This document shows, in pieces, positions 39,494-48,762 of a DNA stretch of 64,000 nucleotides (positions are counted from its first letter, which is position 1; each line of letters begins with the position of its first letter). The stretch is from positions 832,001-896,000 of the forward strand of contig JBBCJC010000002.1 in assembly GCA_037189525.1 (NCBI GenBank), read 5' to 3'. The DNA comes from Gemmatimonadales bacterium (GTDB lineage: Bacteria > Gemmatimonadota > Gemmatimonadetes > Gemmatimonadales > GWC2-71-9). The notes below the pieces were generated by a model that was given only the letters and a program-made list of their open reading frames with translations, did not search any database and had not been told where the DNA came from. The translations under genes were made by a program, and so were the position numbers.

Positions 39494-41629
39494 ATGCCGA
39501 TACTCACCACCAGCATGGCAGCGCACGGCGTCGCGGTGGTGACGTTCGACGTGCCCGGCGAGCCGGTCAACACCTTCAACCTCTCGCACACCGACGAGCT
39601 CTGGGGCGCGCTCGAACGACTCGGCGAGGATGCCTCCGTTCGCGCCGTCGTGCTCCGGTCCGGCAAGCCCGACAGCTTCATTGCCGGTGCGGACATCAAT
39701 CAGTTCGTCGCCTTCACCTCCGCCGCCGATGCGGAGGCCGCCAGCCGGGCAGGGCATGCGTTCCTGGACAAGGTGGAGCGCTTTCCCAAACCGATCGTCA
39801 CCGCGATTCATGGTACCTGCCTCGGGCTCGGGCTCGAACTGGCGCTGGCCACCAGTTATCGCATCGCCACCGATCATCCCAAGACTCAGCTCGGCCTGCC
39901 GGAAGTCCAACTGGGCATTCTGCCTGGCAGCGGCGGATCGAATCGCCTGCCGAAATTGATCGGGGTCCGCGCCGCGCTGGACATCATTCTGGCGGGCAAG
40001 AGCGAGCGGGCGGCCAAGGCGCTCCGGCTGGGTCTGATCGACGAACTCGTCCCCGAGAGCATCCTGCTCGACACCGCGGTGGCTGCGGCCGACCGCCTGG
40101 CGCGCGGAGTCCGGCCCAAGCGGGTGCCCGGCGGGAAAGGCCTCGCGGCCGCATTCCTGGACCGGACCAGCCTGGGGCGACGGCTGGTCTATCGGGCCGC
40201 GCGGAAACAGGTGCTGTCCAAAACCGGAGGGCACTATCCGGCACCGCTCGCTGCGCTCGAGGTGGTTCGCGCCGCGGTGGAGCAGGGACCGGCCGTCGGG
40301 TATCCGCTCGAGGCGCGGGAGTTCGGGCGGCTCGCGGTGACACCCGTGTCGCGGGAGTTGGTGCGCATCTTCTTTGCGACGACCGCGCTCAAGAAGGACG
40401 ACGGCGTCCCGCCCGGGACTGCGACGCCGCGCGAGGTCCGCCGGCTGGGTGTGATCGGATCCGGCTTCATGGGCGCCGGGATTGCCGGAACGACCATTAC
40501 GACCGCTAAGGTCGACGTCCGGCTCAAGGACGCCGACCTTTCCCGGGTCGGGAAGGGAATCAACGCGGCTCTCGGGATCCCGCGCCGCCAGCTCGAACGC
40601 AAGCGGATTACCCGGTACGAGTTCGAGCGGCTCGCGGCGCTCGTCTCGGGTGGTATCGACAATCGCGGCCTCGAGCGGTGCGATCTGGTAATCGAGGCCG
40701 TGTTCGAAGATCTGGAAGTCAAACGAGCGGTCCTGGCCGATCTCGAACCGGTGCTGCCGGACCACGCCATCTTCGCCAGCAATACCTCGACCATTCCGAT
40801 CGCGCGCATTGCGGAGCAAGCGATGCGTCCCGAGAACGTACTGGGCATGCATTTCTTCTCGCCGGTCGACCGGATGCCGCTGCTCGAGGTCATCCCCACC
40901 GAGCGGACCAGTCCGGATACGATTGCGACCGCGGTACGCTTCGGCAAGAAGATGGGGAAGACGGTCATCGTGGTGGCGGATACGCCCGGATTCTGGGTCA
41001 ACCGGATCCTCTCGCCCTACTTCGTCGAAGCCGGGCACCTGGTCATGGAAGGGGTGCCGGTCGAGGTGATCGATCGGATCATGGTGCGGTACGGTTTCCC
41101 CGTCGGGCCGGTCGCGCTGCTCGACGAGGTCGGCATCGATGTGGCCGCCAAGGGCGGGGTGGTGATGCGCGAGGCCTTTGGCGATCGTCTGGCGCCGGCC
41201 GCCGCGATCGGCCGGATGGTCGAGGCCAAACGGCTGGGCCGCAAGGCGGGCAAGGGATTTTACCGCTACGACGACGGCAAGAAGACCGACCCGGACAGCG
41301 AGATGTATCGGCTGCTGGGCGTTGCACCGCTCGCTTCGGTCGACGAAGAGGAAGTGCAGAAGCGGCTGGTCTACCCGCTGCTCAACGAAGCGGCGCGCGC
41401 CTTCGGGGAAGGGGTGGTGCGCTCGCCCCGTGACGGCGATATCGGCGCGATTTTCGGGATCGGCTACCCGCCGTTTCTCGGCGGGCCGCTCCGTACCATC
41501 GACGCGCTCGGCGCCGCGCAGGTCGTCGAGACGCTCGAAGGGCTGGCGTCTCGCCATGGGCCGCGCTTTGCGCCGGCGGACACGCTGGTCGAACTGGCCT
41601 TGGTCGGTGGCCGCTACTATTCCGACTGA
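39494..41629 (+). CDS. fadJ: Fatty acid oxidation complex alpha subunit (enoyl-CoA hydratase / 3-hydroxyacyl-CoA dehydrogenase)
   Basis: FIAGADI, LGLPEVQLG, GSGFMGAGI, EAVFED, FASNTS, GMHFFSPV. Confidence 0.93.
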   Translation: MPILTTSMAAHGVAVVTFDVPGEPVNTFNLSHTDELWGALERLGEDASVRAVVLRSGKPDSFIAGADINQFVAFTSAADAEAASRAGHAFLDKVERFPKPIVTAIHGTCLGLGLELALATSYRIATDHPKTQLGLPEVQLGILPGSGGSNRLPKLIGVRAALDIILAGKSERAAKALRLGLIDELVPESILLDTAVAAADRLARGVRPKRVPGGKGLAAAFLDRTSLGRRLVYRAARKQVLSKTGGHYPAPLAALEVVRAAVEQGPAVGYPLEAREFGRLAVTPVSRELVRIFFATTALKKDDGVPPGTATPREVRRLGVIGSGFMGAGIAGTTITTAKVDVRLKDADLSRVGKGINAALGIPRRQLERKRITRYEFERLAALVSGGIDNRGLERCDLVIEAVFEDLEVKRAVLADLEPVLPDHAIFASNTSTIPIARIAEQAMRPENVLGMHFFSPVDRMPLLEVIPTERTSPDTIATAVRFGKKMGKTVIVVADTPGFWVNRILSPYFVEAGHLVMEGVPVEVIDRIMVRYGFPVGPVALLDEVGIDVAAKGGVVMREAFGDRLAPAAAIGRMVEAKRLGRKAGKGFYRYDDGKKTDPDSEMYRLLGVAPLASVDEEEVQKRLVYPLLNEAARAFGEGVVRSPRDGDIGAIFGIGYPPFLGGPLRTIDALGAAQVVETLEGLASRHGPRFAPADTLVELALVGGRYYSD

Positions 41630-42279
41630 GTGGCGGGGCTCGGGCCGCTCCGCCTGACGTGGTGCGCGGCGGCCTGCGATCGTCGCTGGATGCCCAGTTT
41701 TTCGAAGATGCGGTGCAGATAATTCTTCACCGTCTTGGGCGACAGGTCGAGCGCCGCCGCGATTTCGTTGTTGGTCATGCCCGCCGCCACCAGCGCCACG
41801 ATCTGCTGTTGCTTGTCGCTCAGCGGGGCGATCTCCGCCGCCGTGCCGGCCGGCACGTTCTGCATTACCCACTCGAGCATATTGCTGCGCAGCGTCGCGT
41901 CGAGCAGCCGCTCGCCGTCGGCCACCCGTTTGATCGAATCGATCAGCGACGGGACGTCGACCTCCTTGAGGAGATATCCGTGCGCACCGATCACGATCGC
42001 GGCGCGGACCAGTTCGTCGTCCGCAAAGGCGCTCAGGAAGACGACCCGGGTGGTCGGCACCAGTTCGAGGATACGCCGGCCGGCTTCGATCCCTCCCTCG
42101 TCGGGCAGACGGATATCCAGCAGCGCCACGTCCGGCTCCAGCGTCTGAGCGCGCGCAACCGCCTCGGCCGAGGTCGCGCCCATCCCGACGATCTCGATGC
42201 CAGGATCCTGCCCCAGGACCGCGGCGAGCCCGACGCGCACCACCTCGCTGTCGTCGACCAGCAGCACCCGAATCGTCAT
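41617..42279 (-). CDS. NarL/LuxR family response regulator
   Basis: REC domain LLVDD...LLDIRLPD; C-terminal GMTNNEIA...LSPKTVKNY helix-turn-helix. Confidence 0.93.
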   Translation of the reverse strand: MTIRVLLVDDSEVVRVGLAAVLGQDPGIEIVGMGATSAEAVARAQTLEPDVALLDIRLPDEGGIEAGRRILELVPTTRVVFLSAFADDELVRAAIVIGAHGYLLKEVDVPSLIDSIKRVADGERLLDATLRSNMLEWVMQNVPAGTAAEIAPLSDKQQQIVALVAAGMTNNEIAAALDLSPKTVKNYLHRIFEKLGIQRRSQAAAHHVRRSGPSPATQSE

Positions 42280-43307
42280 GGCTTCGCTCCGTGGATGGGG
42301 AGGTCCAGTCGCACGCGAGTGCCTTCCCCGGGTGCAGTGTTCAGGGTCAGCCGGGCGCCCATCTGCGCCGCCCGCCGCGTCATGTTCAGCAGGCCGAATC
42401 CGTCGGCCGACCGTTTGGCCGGGATGCCCTGCCCGTCATCTTCGATTTCGAGGCAGAGGCCGTCGGGATTCTCATGCAGGCGCACCGCAACCCGGCTCGC
42501 GTTGGAGTGCCGCATCGCGTTGCTGACGCCCTCACGGGCAAAATAGACTACCGCGCGACGATGCTGCTCGGGAATCCGGTCCGCTACCTGCGGAGGGATG
42601 TCGATGCTGAGCGCGGGCCCGTCGACCAGCTCGAGGCCCCGAAGCACGCCGGCGAGCGTTTCGTTCCACTGGATGCCCATCGATCCCGGACCGCCCTCAT
42701 CCCGGATCACCCGCCGAACCTCGGCCATTGCATCGCTGACCTGGGCGACCGCCTGGTCGAGGTGCAGCCCCGTGGCCGATGGGTCCGTAGCAAGCGTGGC
42801 CCGCGCGGCGGACAGGCGGAGGCCAAGGCCATAGAGCGATTGCAGGATGCCGTCGTGCATGTCGGCCGACAACTGCTCGCGCGCCTCGAGCAGACGGTGC
42901 AGCGCATTGACGCTCATCCGCAATTCTACTGCAGACTGTTTGGTCTTGGTGACGTCGTGACCGATGACCAGCACGCCGGTCGGCGCGCCCGATGGCTCGC
43001 GAATCGCGCTGATCGATGCCCGGAACCAGCGGGAGACGTTATCGATGGGCAGCGGGATATCCCGCTCCACGTCGTCGGCGGTCTCGGTCGCCGCGCGGAT
43101 CGCTTCCATGATCGCGGGAGCGGCGTCAGGCATCAGATCGGCAACTGATTGCCCGAGGCCGGAGGATGGTTGGTCACCGCCGGACGCCCAACTCGCGTAC
43201 CGCACCGTGCCGCTCAGGTCGAGCAACGCGATGTAGTAGCTCGTACCGGTCACCAGCGCCTGCCAGATCGCGTCGGCGGGAAACGGGTGGGCGTTGGAGA
43301 ACGTCAT
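42276..43307 (-). CDS. Cytoplasmic PAS sensor histidine kinase (HisKA_3 type)
   Basis: ADMHDGILQSL, EGVSNAMRHS, IEDDGQG, GFGLLNM; no transmembrane segment; coupled to the regulator. Confidence 0.9.
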   Translation of the reverse strand: MTFSNAHPFPADAIWQALVTGTSYYIALLDLSGTVRYASWASGGDQPSSGLGQSVADLMPDAAPAIMEAIRAATETADDVERDIPLPIDNVSRWFRASISAIREPSGAPTGVLVIGHDVTKTKQSAVELRMSVNALHRLLEAREQLSADMHDGILQSLYGLGLRLSAARATLATDPSATGLHLDQAVAQVSDAMAEVRRVIRDEGGPGSMGIQWNETLAGVLRGLELVDGPALSIDIPPQVADRIPEQHRRAVVYFAREGVSNAMRHSNASRVAVRLHENPDGLCLEIEDDGQGIPAKRSADGFGLLNMTRRAAQMGARLTLNTAPGEGTRVRLDLPIHGAKP

Positions 43308-43453
43308 CGGGACCGGGCACCCTCGCGGAATTGGCGATGGACGGCGTCAGTCGCGCAAGTTGACGATATCCCGCTTCGGTGTCTAGTATCCGCCCATTCC
43401 GCTTCAGCGCCTGTTTCCCGAGGGTGCCAGTCTCAGATCTGGAGTCGATGTCG

Positions 43454-45016
43454 ATGCGCCGTTTTGCCTTGCTCGCCAGCTTGATCGCCAGCTTCGCTGG
43501 TGTCGTGCATGCTCAGTCGTTCCCGACCACCGATCCCGTGATTCAGCGGATCTGGGAGGAAGGGATGAACCGTTCCCAAGCCATGGACCTGATGCAGGTG
43601 CTGACCGATTCCGTCGGGCCGCGCCTGACCGGAAGCCCCGGCATTGTGGCCGGGCAGGAATGGCTGATCCGAACCTACGCGCGGTTCGGCGTCACCGCCC
43701 GGAATCAGCGCTACGGCACCTGGCTCGGCTGGCGCCGCGGCGTGTCGCATCTGGATCTGGTCAAGCCGCGGGTCCGGTCGCTCGAAGCCACGATGCTGGC
43801 GTGGAGCGGCGGGACCAAGGGCAAGAGTGTCGAGGGGTCGACCGTGATTCTGCCGCTGCTGCAGGACGCGGCCGCCTTCCAGGCCTGGCTGCCGAACGTG
43901 CGCGGCAAGTTCGTGCTGATCTCGCAACCGATGCCGACCTGCCGGCCCGATGCCAGCTATCGGGAGTTCGCGCTGCCGCAGACCTTCGACGCCATGGTCC
44001 GGGAACGCACCGCGGGCCGCGACGACTGGGCCGAGCGGCTCCGTCGCACCGGGCTGTCCAACCGGGACCTGCCGGTGGCGCTGGAACGGGCCGGCGCGCT
44101 TGGTGTGCTGACGTCGCTCTGGTCGCAGGGGTGGGGCGTGACCAAGGTGTTCCAGGCGAGAACCCGTGAGGTTCCCTCGATGGACCTGAGCTGCGAAGAC
44201 TACGGCCTCGTCTACCGGCTCACCGAGAAGAATCAGGGGCCGGTCGTCCGCGCCTTTGCCGACGCGGAGTTCCAGGGCGAAATCCCGGTCTTCAATACCA
44301 TCGCCGAGATTCGGGGGACCGAACGCCCCGATGAGTACGTGATGCTGTCGGCCCACTTCGATTCATGGGATGCCGCCAGCGGCGCCACCGACAATGCCAC
44401 TGGCACCATCACGATGCTGGAGGCGATTCGGATCCTTCGCCAGGTCTATCCGAATCCCAAGCGGACCATCCTGGTCGGTCACTGGAACGGCGAAGAGCAG
44501 GGGCTCAACGGCTCACGCGCCTTCGTCGAGGACAACCCGAAGGTGGTCGCCGGGTTGCAGGCGCTGTTCAATCAGGACAACGGCACCGGACGGGTCGTCA
44601 ACATGTCGGCCGGCGGCCTGGTCGGCGCGGCGCCGTTCCTGGCCGAGTGGCTCAGCAAAGTCCCCAACGAGATTTCGCGCCACATCACCTTCCAGTTCCC
44701 TGGCACGCCGGCCGGCGGCGGGTCTGACCACGCCTCGTTCCTCTGCTCGTCGGCGCCGGGCTTCAGCCTGGGGGCGCTCAACTGGGAGTATGGGACCTAC
44801 ACCTGGCACACCAACCGGGACACCTACGACAAGGTGATTCCGGACGAGATCCGGAACAACGCCGTGCTCACTGCCATGCTGACGTACCTGGCGGCCGAGG
44901 ACACCCGGACGGTACCGCGCCAGCAGCGGATCATGCCGGTGGGTGCCAACGGGCAGCCCGGGGCCTGGCCGGCCTGTGTCCCGGCCACTCGGAGCTCGAC
45001 CCAGTCGACCCGCTGA
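43454..45016 (+). CDS. Secreted M28 family metallopeptidase (PA-domain aminopeptidase/carboxypeptidase Q-like)
   Basis: Signal peptide; GPRLTGS, SAHFDSW, GATDN, GEEQG, NQD, WHT; start chosen by GGAG spacing (43448 is an alternative). Confidence 0.9.
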   Translation: MRRFALLASLIASFAGVVHAQSFPTTDPVIQRIWEEGMNRSQAMDLMQVLTDSVGPRLTGSPGIVAGQEWLIRTYARFGVTARNQRYGTWLGWRRGVSHLDLVKPRVRSLEATMLAWSGGTKGKSVEGSTVILPLLQDAAAFQAWLPNVRGKFVLISQPMPTCRPDASYREFALPQTFDAMVRERTAGRDDWAERLRRTGLSNRDLPVALERAGALGVLTSLWSQGWGVTKVFQARTREVPSMDLSCEDYGLVYRLTEKNQGPVVRAFADAEFQGEIPVFNTIAEIRGTERPDEYVMLSAHFDSWDAASGATDNATGTITMLEAIRILRQVYPNPKRTILVGHWNGEEQGLNGSRAFVEDNPKVVAGLQALFNQDNGTGRVVNMSAGGLVGAAPFLAEWLSKVPNEISRHITFQFPGTPAGGGSDHASFLCSSAPGFSLGALNWEYGTYTWHTNRDTYDKVIPDEIRNNAVLTAMLTYLAAEDTRTVPRQQRIMPVGANGQPGAWPACVPATRSSTQSTR

Positions 45017-45028
45017 AGCACTGCCTTC

Positions 45029-45092
45029 AGTGACATCGGCCGGACCGGGGGGAGAGGTGCAAAGCTCGAATCTCTTCCCCCCCTCCGTCACT
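45029..45092. terminator. Imperfect long hairpin between convergent genes
   Basis: AGTGAC..CGGA..GGGGGGAGAG pairs with CTCT-T-CCCCCCC-TCCG/GTCACT. Confidence 0.45.
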
Positions 45093-45093
45093 C

Positions 45094-46878
45094 TCAGGGA
45101 AAGCTGCATGTCTCCGCGAAGTTCGGGTTTATGTACGGCGTCTTGGTCGTGTTTACCGTGAAGTATGCGATAGCAGTGCCATTCTTGACCAGGATTGGCG
45201 GTGTCGATGCGTACGGGTTGAAGGCCGAGAAGGACGAGTAGCGGCTACCGTACTTGCCATATTCGTTGTAGACGCTGAGAGAACCGTACCGCGATCCATA
45301 CGTTCCGTACTCGTTGTAGATCGACTGCGAGTCGAAACGATTTGTCAGTCGTCCGAGATAGACGCCGTCGTCGCCAATCACCGATGCCCCCGCAATTTGG
45401 GTGCAAAGGCTACCTCCGGATCCCCCGGAGGATGGGACGACGGTTACTTGGATGCTGCCGGACTTACCCTCAGAACTCGCCGTGATTGTTGCCGTGCCCG
45501 TTTTCAGGCCGACGATGACTGCTGTTTCGTCCAGGATGTAGCCGCTGACCACGGTTAGATCGCTACTTGTCCAAGTTACCTGACGTCCAGTGAGCGTGTT
45601 CCCGCTAGCGTCCTTCAGGACTGCTGTCAGCGTGGCAGCCTGCCCGAGCGGGAGGCTTCCTCCTCCGGGAAGAATCGTTACCGACGCTACGGGCGTGCTG
45701 GTAATGGTAACGGTTGCGGTTGCTGATTTCCCTTCGGAGGTCGCTGTCACGATTGCCGAACCCACGGCTACGCCCGTAACCACACCCGTCGCAGAGACGG
45801 TCGCGATGCTTGTGCTTGAGCTTGTCCATGCGACGGTTCGGTCAATCAACGGATTGCCCTGGGCGTCCTGCGGTATTGCGGAAAGGGGAACTGTCTGTCC
45901 AACTGTTAGCGACACAACACCCGGTGATACGAGGATGGCTGCGACAGGTGCCGGTGTGACCGTGATGATTGCCGTACCGAATACTCCCTGACTTGTTGCG
46001 GAGATAGTTGTACTTCCGGGGGTATGGCTCGTGACAACGCCGGCTTGAGAAACGGTCGCCACCTCGGGAGTTGATGACGTCCATGTGAAGCTATAGCCCG
46101 TCAGAGGATTGTTGCCTGCGTCGCGGGCAGTGGCTGTGAGCTGCGTTGTTGTCCCGGCAACGACCGTTGGGGTTGAAGGCTGAATGCTGATCGAAGTGAC
46201 GGTCGGGGCAGTGATGGTCGCTGGTGCAGTGCCGTCGACGCCGCCGATCGTTGCGGTAATGACTGCGGATCCGATGCTCAGTGCCGAAACCTCTCCAGTA
46301 GCGCTGACAGTGGCGACAGCGGGGGCACTTGAACGCCACGTTACTGCGCGCCCTGCCAGGAGGTTCCCCTCGGCATCTCGAGCAGAGGCCGTAAGGGTCT
46401 CCGTTCTTCCCACGGTCAGGCTCAGTGTACCTGGCGAAATGGCCACGAGAGCCACAGGTACCGGGTCAACGGTGACGGTTGCTGAACCTGCTACCCCCTC
46501 GGATGTCGCCGAGATCGTCGTGGTCCCGATGGTCACCGCTGTGACCACGCCTTCCTGACTTACGCTTGCTATCGCTGAATTGCCGGATGTCCAAGACACG
46601 GTTCGACCTGGCAGGTTGTTGCCAGCGGCGTCCCGCGCGGTAGCCACGAAGGTGTGAGTCTTTCCAACGACGATCGACTGATTGTTGGGAGACACGAGGA
46701 CGGACGCTACCGGTGCGGGCGGTGGCGGCGGTGGTGGTGGTGGCGGCGCAGGAGGAGTTCCGGTTGGTCCGTCTCCTCCTCCACAAGCAAGCACACCTGC
46801 AGTTGCAAGGAGTATTGAGACCGAGACAACTGAACGACTGGGAGACCTGCTCCCGGGCAGTCGACCCGACAGTGCCAT
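45094..46878 (-). CDS. Surface lipoprotein with five bacterial Ig-like (Big_2) repeats, poly-Pro linker and C-terminal domain of unknown function
   Basis: Lipobox GVLA-C, PPAPPPPPPPPPPAP, five ~85-aa repeats (PVASV...RDAxGN...VxWxSS...ATVS..G.VT); GAGGA SD before ATG 46878. Confidence 0.88.
   Translation of the reverse strand: MALSGRLPGSRSPSRSVVSVSILLATAGVLACGGGDGPTGTPPAPPPPPPPPPPAPVASVLVSPNNQSIVVGKTHTFVATARDAAGNNLPGRTVSWTSGNSAIASVSQEGVVTAVTIGTTTISATSEGVAGSATVTVDPVPVALVAISPGTLSLTVGRTETLTASARDAEGNLLAGRAVTWRSSAPAVATVSATGEVSALSIGSAVITATIGGVDGTAPATITAPTVTSISIQPSTPTVVAGTTTQLTATARDAGNNPLTGYSFTWTSSTPEVATVSQAGVVTSHTPGSTTISATSQGVFGTAIITVTPAPVAAILVSPGVVSLTVGQTVPLSAIPQDAQGNPLIDRTVAWTSSSTSIATVSATGVVTGVAVGSAIVTATSEGKSATATVTITSTPVASVTILPGGGSLPLGQAATLTAVLKDASGNTLTGRQVTWTSSDLTVVSGYILDETAVIVGLKTGTATITASSEGKSGSIQVTVVPSSGGSGGSLCTQIAGASVIGDDGVYLGRLTNRFDSQSIYNEYGTYGSRYGSLSVYNEYGKYGSRYSSFSAFNPYASTPPILVKNGTAIAYFTVNTTKTPYINPNFAETCSFP
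46713..46760 (-). repeat. Low-complexity CCN codon run encoding the poly-proline linker
   Basis: ggtgcgggcggtggcggcggtggtggtggtggcggcgcaggagg on the plus strand. Confidence 0.8.
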
Positions 46879-46952
46879 GAAGTCCTCAAGGGGGGAATTA
46901 GTGACAATATGTGATTTTTGCATACTGCCGTCCAGTGGGGATCGTATGGGGT

Positions 46953-47207
46953 ATGCGCAGTCTGCATACCCCGGCTTATCGCCAATTTCTTAGGCAGTTC
47001 GTCGCTGCCCGCCGGGCGGCTGGGTTAACGCAAGTGGAAGTGGCACACGCCCTCCAGATTCCTCAGTCTCGTGTGTCCCGCATGGAGTCCGGAGAACGCC
47101 GGGTAGATGTGGTCGAACTGGTCGCGTTTGCGCGGTTATATCGGAAGTCCCTTGCGTACTTCGTGCGGCTGGTCCGCCTGCCTCGTCCCTCTACGTCGGC
47201 CCGCTAG
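46953..47207 (+). CDS. XRE-family helix-turn-helix transcriptional regulator
   Basis: RRAAGLTQVEVA...QSRVSRMESGERRVDVVEL; divergent from the Ig lipoprotein. Confidence 0.85.
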   Translation: MRSLHTPAYRQFLRQFVAARRAAGLTQVEVAHALQIPQSRVSRMESGERRVDVVELVAFARLYRKSLAYFVRLVRLPRPSTSAR

Positions 47208-47285
47208 GCTGGAGTGCGGGTGAGCGTTGGGCTTTTCCGGAACTTGGCATCAAATTCGTCCCGACCCCCTTGGACTTGTAGGTCC

Positions 47286-47412
47286 GTCCCATCCTCGTCA
47301 TTCCCGGTCCCACGAACGGACACCTGCTCTTGCAAGAGGTCCGGATGTCGTTTATGTAAGTCGTTGTAAGTAAAATGCTTACGACGGATTGATCGGCGGC
47401 ACGGAAGTTCCT
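47286..47412 (+). promoter_or_regulatory. Putative sigma-54 promoter architecture: activator sites, IHF-like site and -24/-12 element
   Basis: GTCC-N7-GGAC at 47307-47321 with an imperfect copy 21 bp upstream; AT-rich IHF-like TAAGTCGTTGTAA; CGGCACG-GAAG-TTCC at 47397-47411; operon encodes a sigma-54 activator. Confidence 0.5.
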
Positions 47413-47454
47413 TTAGGATCGGGAAGCACAGTCCCTGACTCTGGAGCACATCTC

Positions 47455-48702
47455 GTGGATATCGTCCGAGACAAACCGCGCGACAAGAAAAAGATCATCC
47501 TGGGCATTGTCGGCGTTGCCAGCGTGGTGGCCGTATCGGTGGCCCTCGCGAACCTGAAGCCGGCCGCTCCGTCGGTCGATTCCGGTACGATCTATTTCGA
47601 TTCCGTGGTGCAGGGGGAGATGATCCGCGAGGTTCGCGGGCCGGGCACCCTGGTTCCCGAAGACATCCGCTGGATCACTGCCGTCACCGCCGGTCGAATC
47701 GAGAAGATCCATCACCTCGCGGGCGTGCAGGTGGAACCGGGTACCATCCTGATGGAACTGGTCAACCCGGACGTCCAGATCCAGACCCTGAATGCCGACC
47801 GCCAGCTGACCGACGCCGAGGCGGCCCTGGTCCAGCTCAAAACCAACCTGGAAAGCAACCGGCTCAACCAGGCGTCGCTGGTGGCCCAGATGCGGCAGGA
47901 GTCGGCCGACGCCAAACGGCGCGCCGAGGCGGGGGCGGAACTGCTCAAGAAGAACCTGATCGTGCCGCTCGACCAGCAGCAGGCGCAGGATCGGTCGACG
48001 TCCCTGATCGAACGGCTCGAGCTCGAGAACCAGCGGCTCGCGATCCTGTCCAACACCATCGCCGATCAGATCAAGGTCCAGGAGGAGCAGGTCGAGCGGT
48101 TACGGTCGATCTCCAAGTTCCAGCACGGTCTGGCCGGGTCGATGACGGTCAGGGCCGGGGCGACGGGCATCCTGCAGGAAGTGCCCCTCCAGGTCGGTCA
48201 GTACGCCCTTCCGGGCGCGACGCTGGCCAAGGTCGTCCCGACGCCGATCCGGCTCAAGGCGGTGCTCCGGATTCCGGAAACCCAGGCCCGCGACCTGGCC
48301 ATGGGTCAGAAGGCGACGATCGACACACGCAACGGATTTGCCCCGGGAAGGATCATACGTATTGATCCGGCCTCGATTAACGGCACGGTCACCGTCGACG
48401 TGATCATGGACGGCGATCTGCCCGCTGGCTCCCGGCCCGATCTAAGCATCGACGGGACCATCGAGCTCGAGCGGCTGGAGAACGTGATGCACGTGGGTCG
48501 TCCCACCGTGGCCCAGGCAAACAGCCTCGGCACCGTGTTCCGGCTGGTCGACAACAAGACCCACGCCGAGCGAGTCCAGGTGAAGTTCGGCCAGACCTCG
48601 GTGAGCCGGGTCGAGATCCTTGAGGGTCTCAATCCGGGCGATATCATCATCATGTCGGACATGTCCCAGTGGGACAACGTCGACCGTGTCCGAATCAAGT
48701 AG
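47455..48702 (+). CDS. Efflux periplasmic adaptor (HlyD/MacA-like membrane fusion protein)
   Basis: N-terminal membrane anchor, VRGPGTLVP, coiled coil, RPDLSIDG, GLNPGDIII; GTG start after GGAG. Confidence 0.9.
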   Translation: MDIVRDKPRDKKKIILGIVGVASVVAVSVALANLKPAAPSVDSGTIYFDSVVQGEMIREVRGPGTLVPEDIRWITAVTAGRIEKIHHLAGVQVEPGTILMELVNPDVQIQTLNADRQLTDAEAALVQLKTNLESNRLNQASLVAQMRQESADAKRRAEAGAELLKKNLIVPLDQQQAQDRSTSLIERLELENQRLAILSNTIADQIKVQEEQVERLRSISKFQHGLAGSMTVRAGATGILQEVPLQVGQYALPGATLAKVVPTPIRLKAVLRIPETQARDLAMGQKATIDTRNGFAPGRIIRIDPASINGTVTVDVIMDGDLPAGSRPDLSIDGTIELERLENVMHVGRPTVAQANSLGTVFRLVDNKTHAERVQVKFGQTSVSRVEILEGLNPGDIIIMSDMSQWDNVDRVRIK

Positions 48703-48762
48703 ACCGGCAATTCCGTAGACTGGTTGCGACCCGTACTTCGTACCCCGAACCCCGGCCAATCC

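Noticed and set aside
39143..41872. 909-aa antisense ORF over fadIJ (likewise 60364-62802, 28817-31129, 25125-27263, 17930-19897, 2396-4048)
   Set aside because: Shadow ORFs opposite well-supported genes; expected in high-GC DNA and show no recognisable motifs
45044..45090. Resemblance to a tRNA 3' end or att site (CTCGAATC...CCCTCCG) at the islet edge
   Set aside because: No cloverleaf, no GTTCGA, no CCA end, no second copy and no integrase; a terminator-like hairpin explains it
45440..46710. Ig repeats as a DGR target or DNA repeat array
   Set aside because: Repeats are diverged at the DNA level; no reverse transcriptase or template repeat is present
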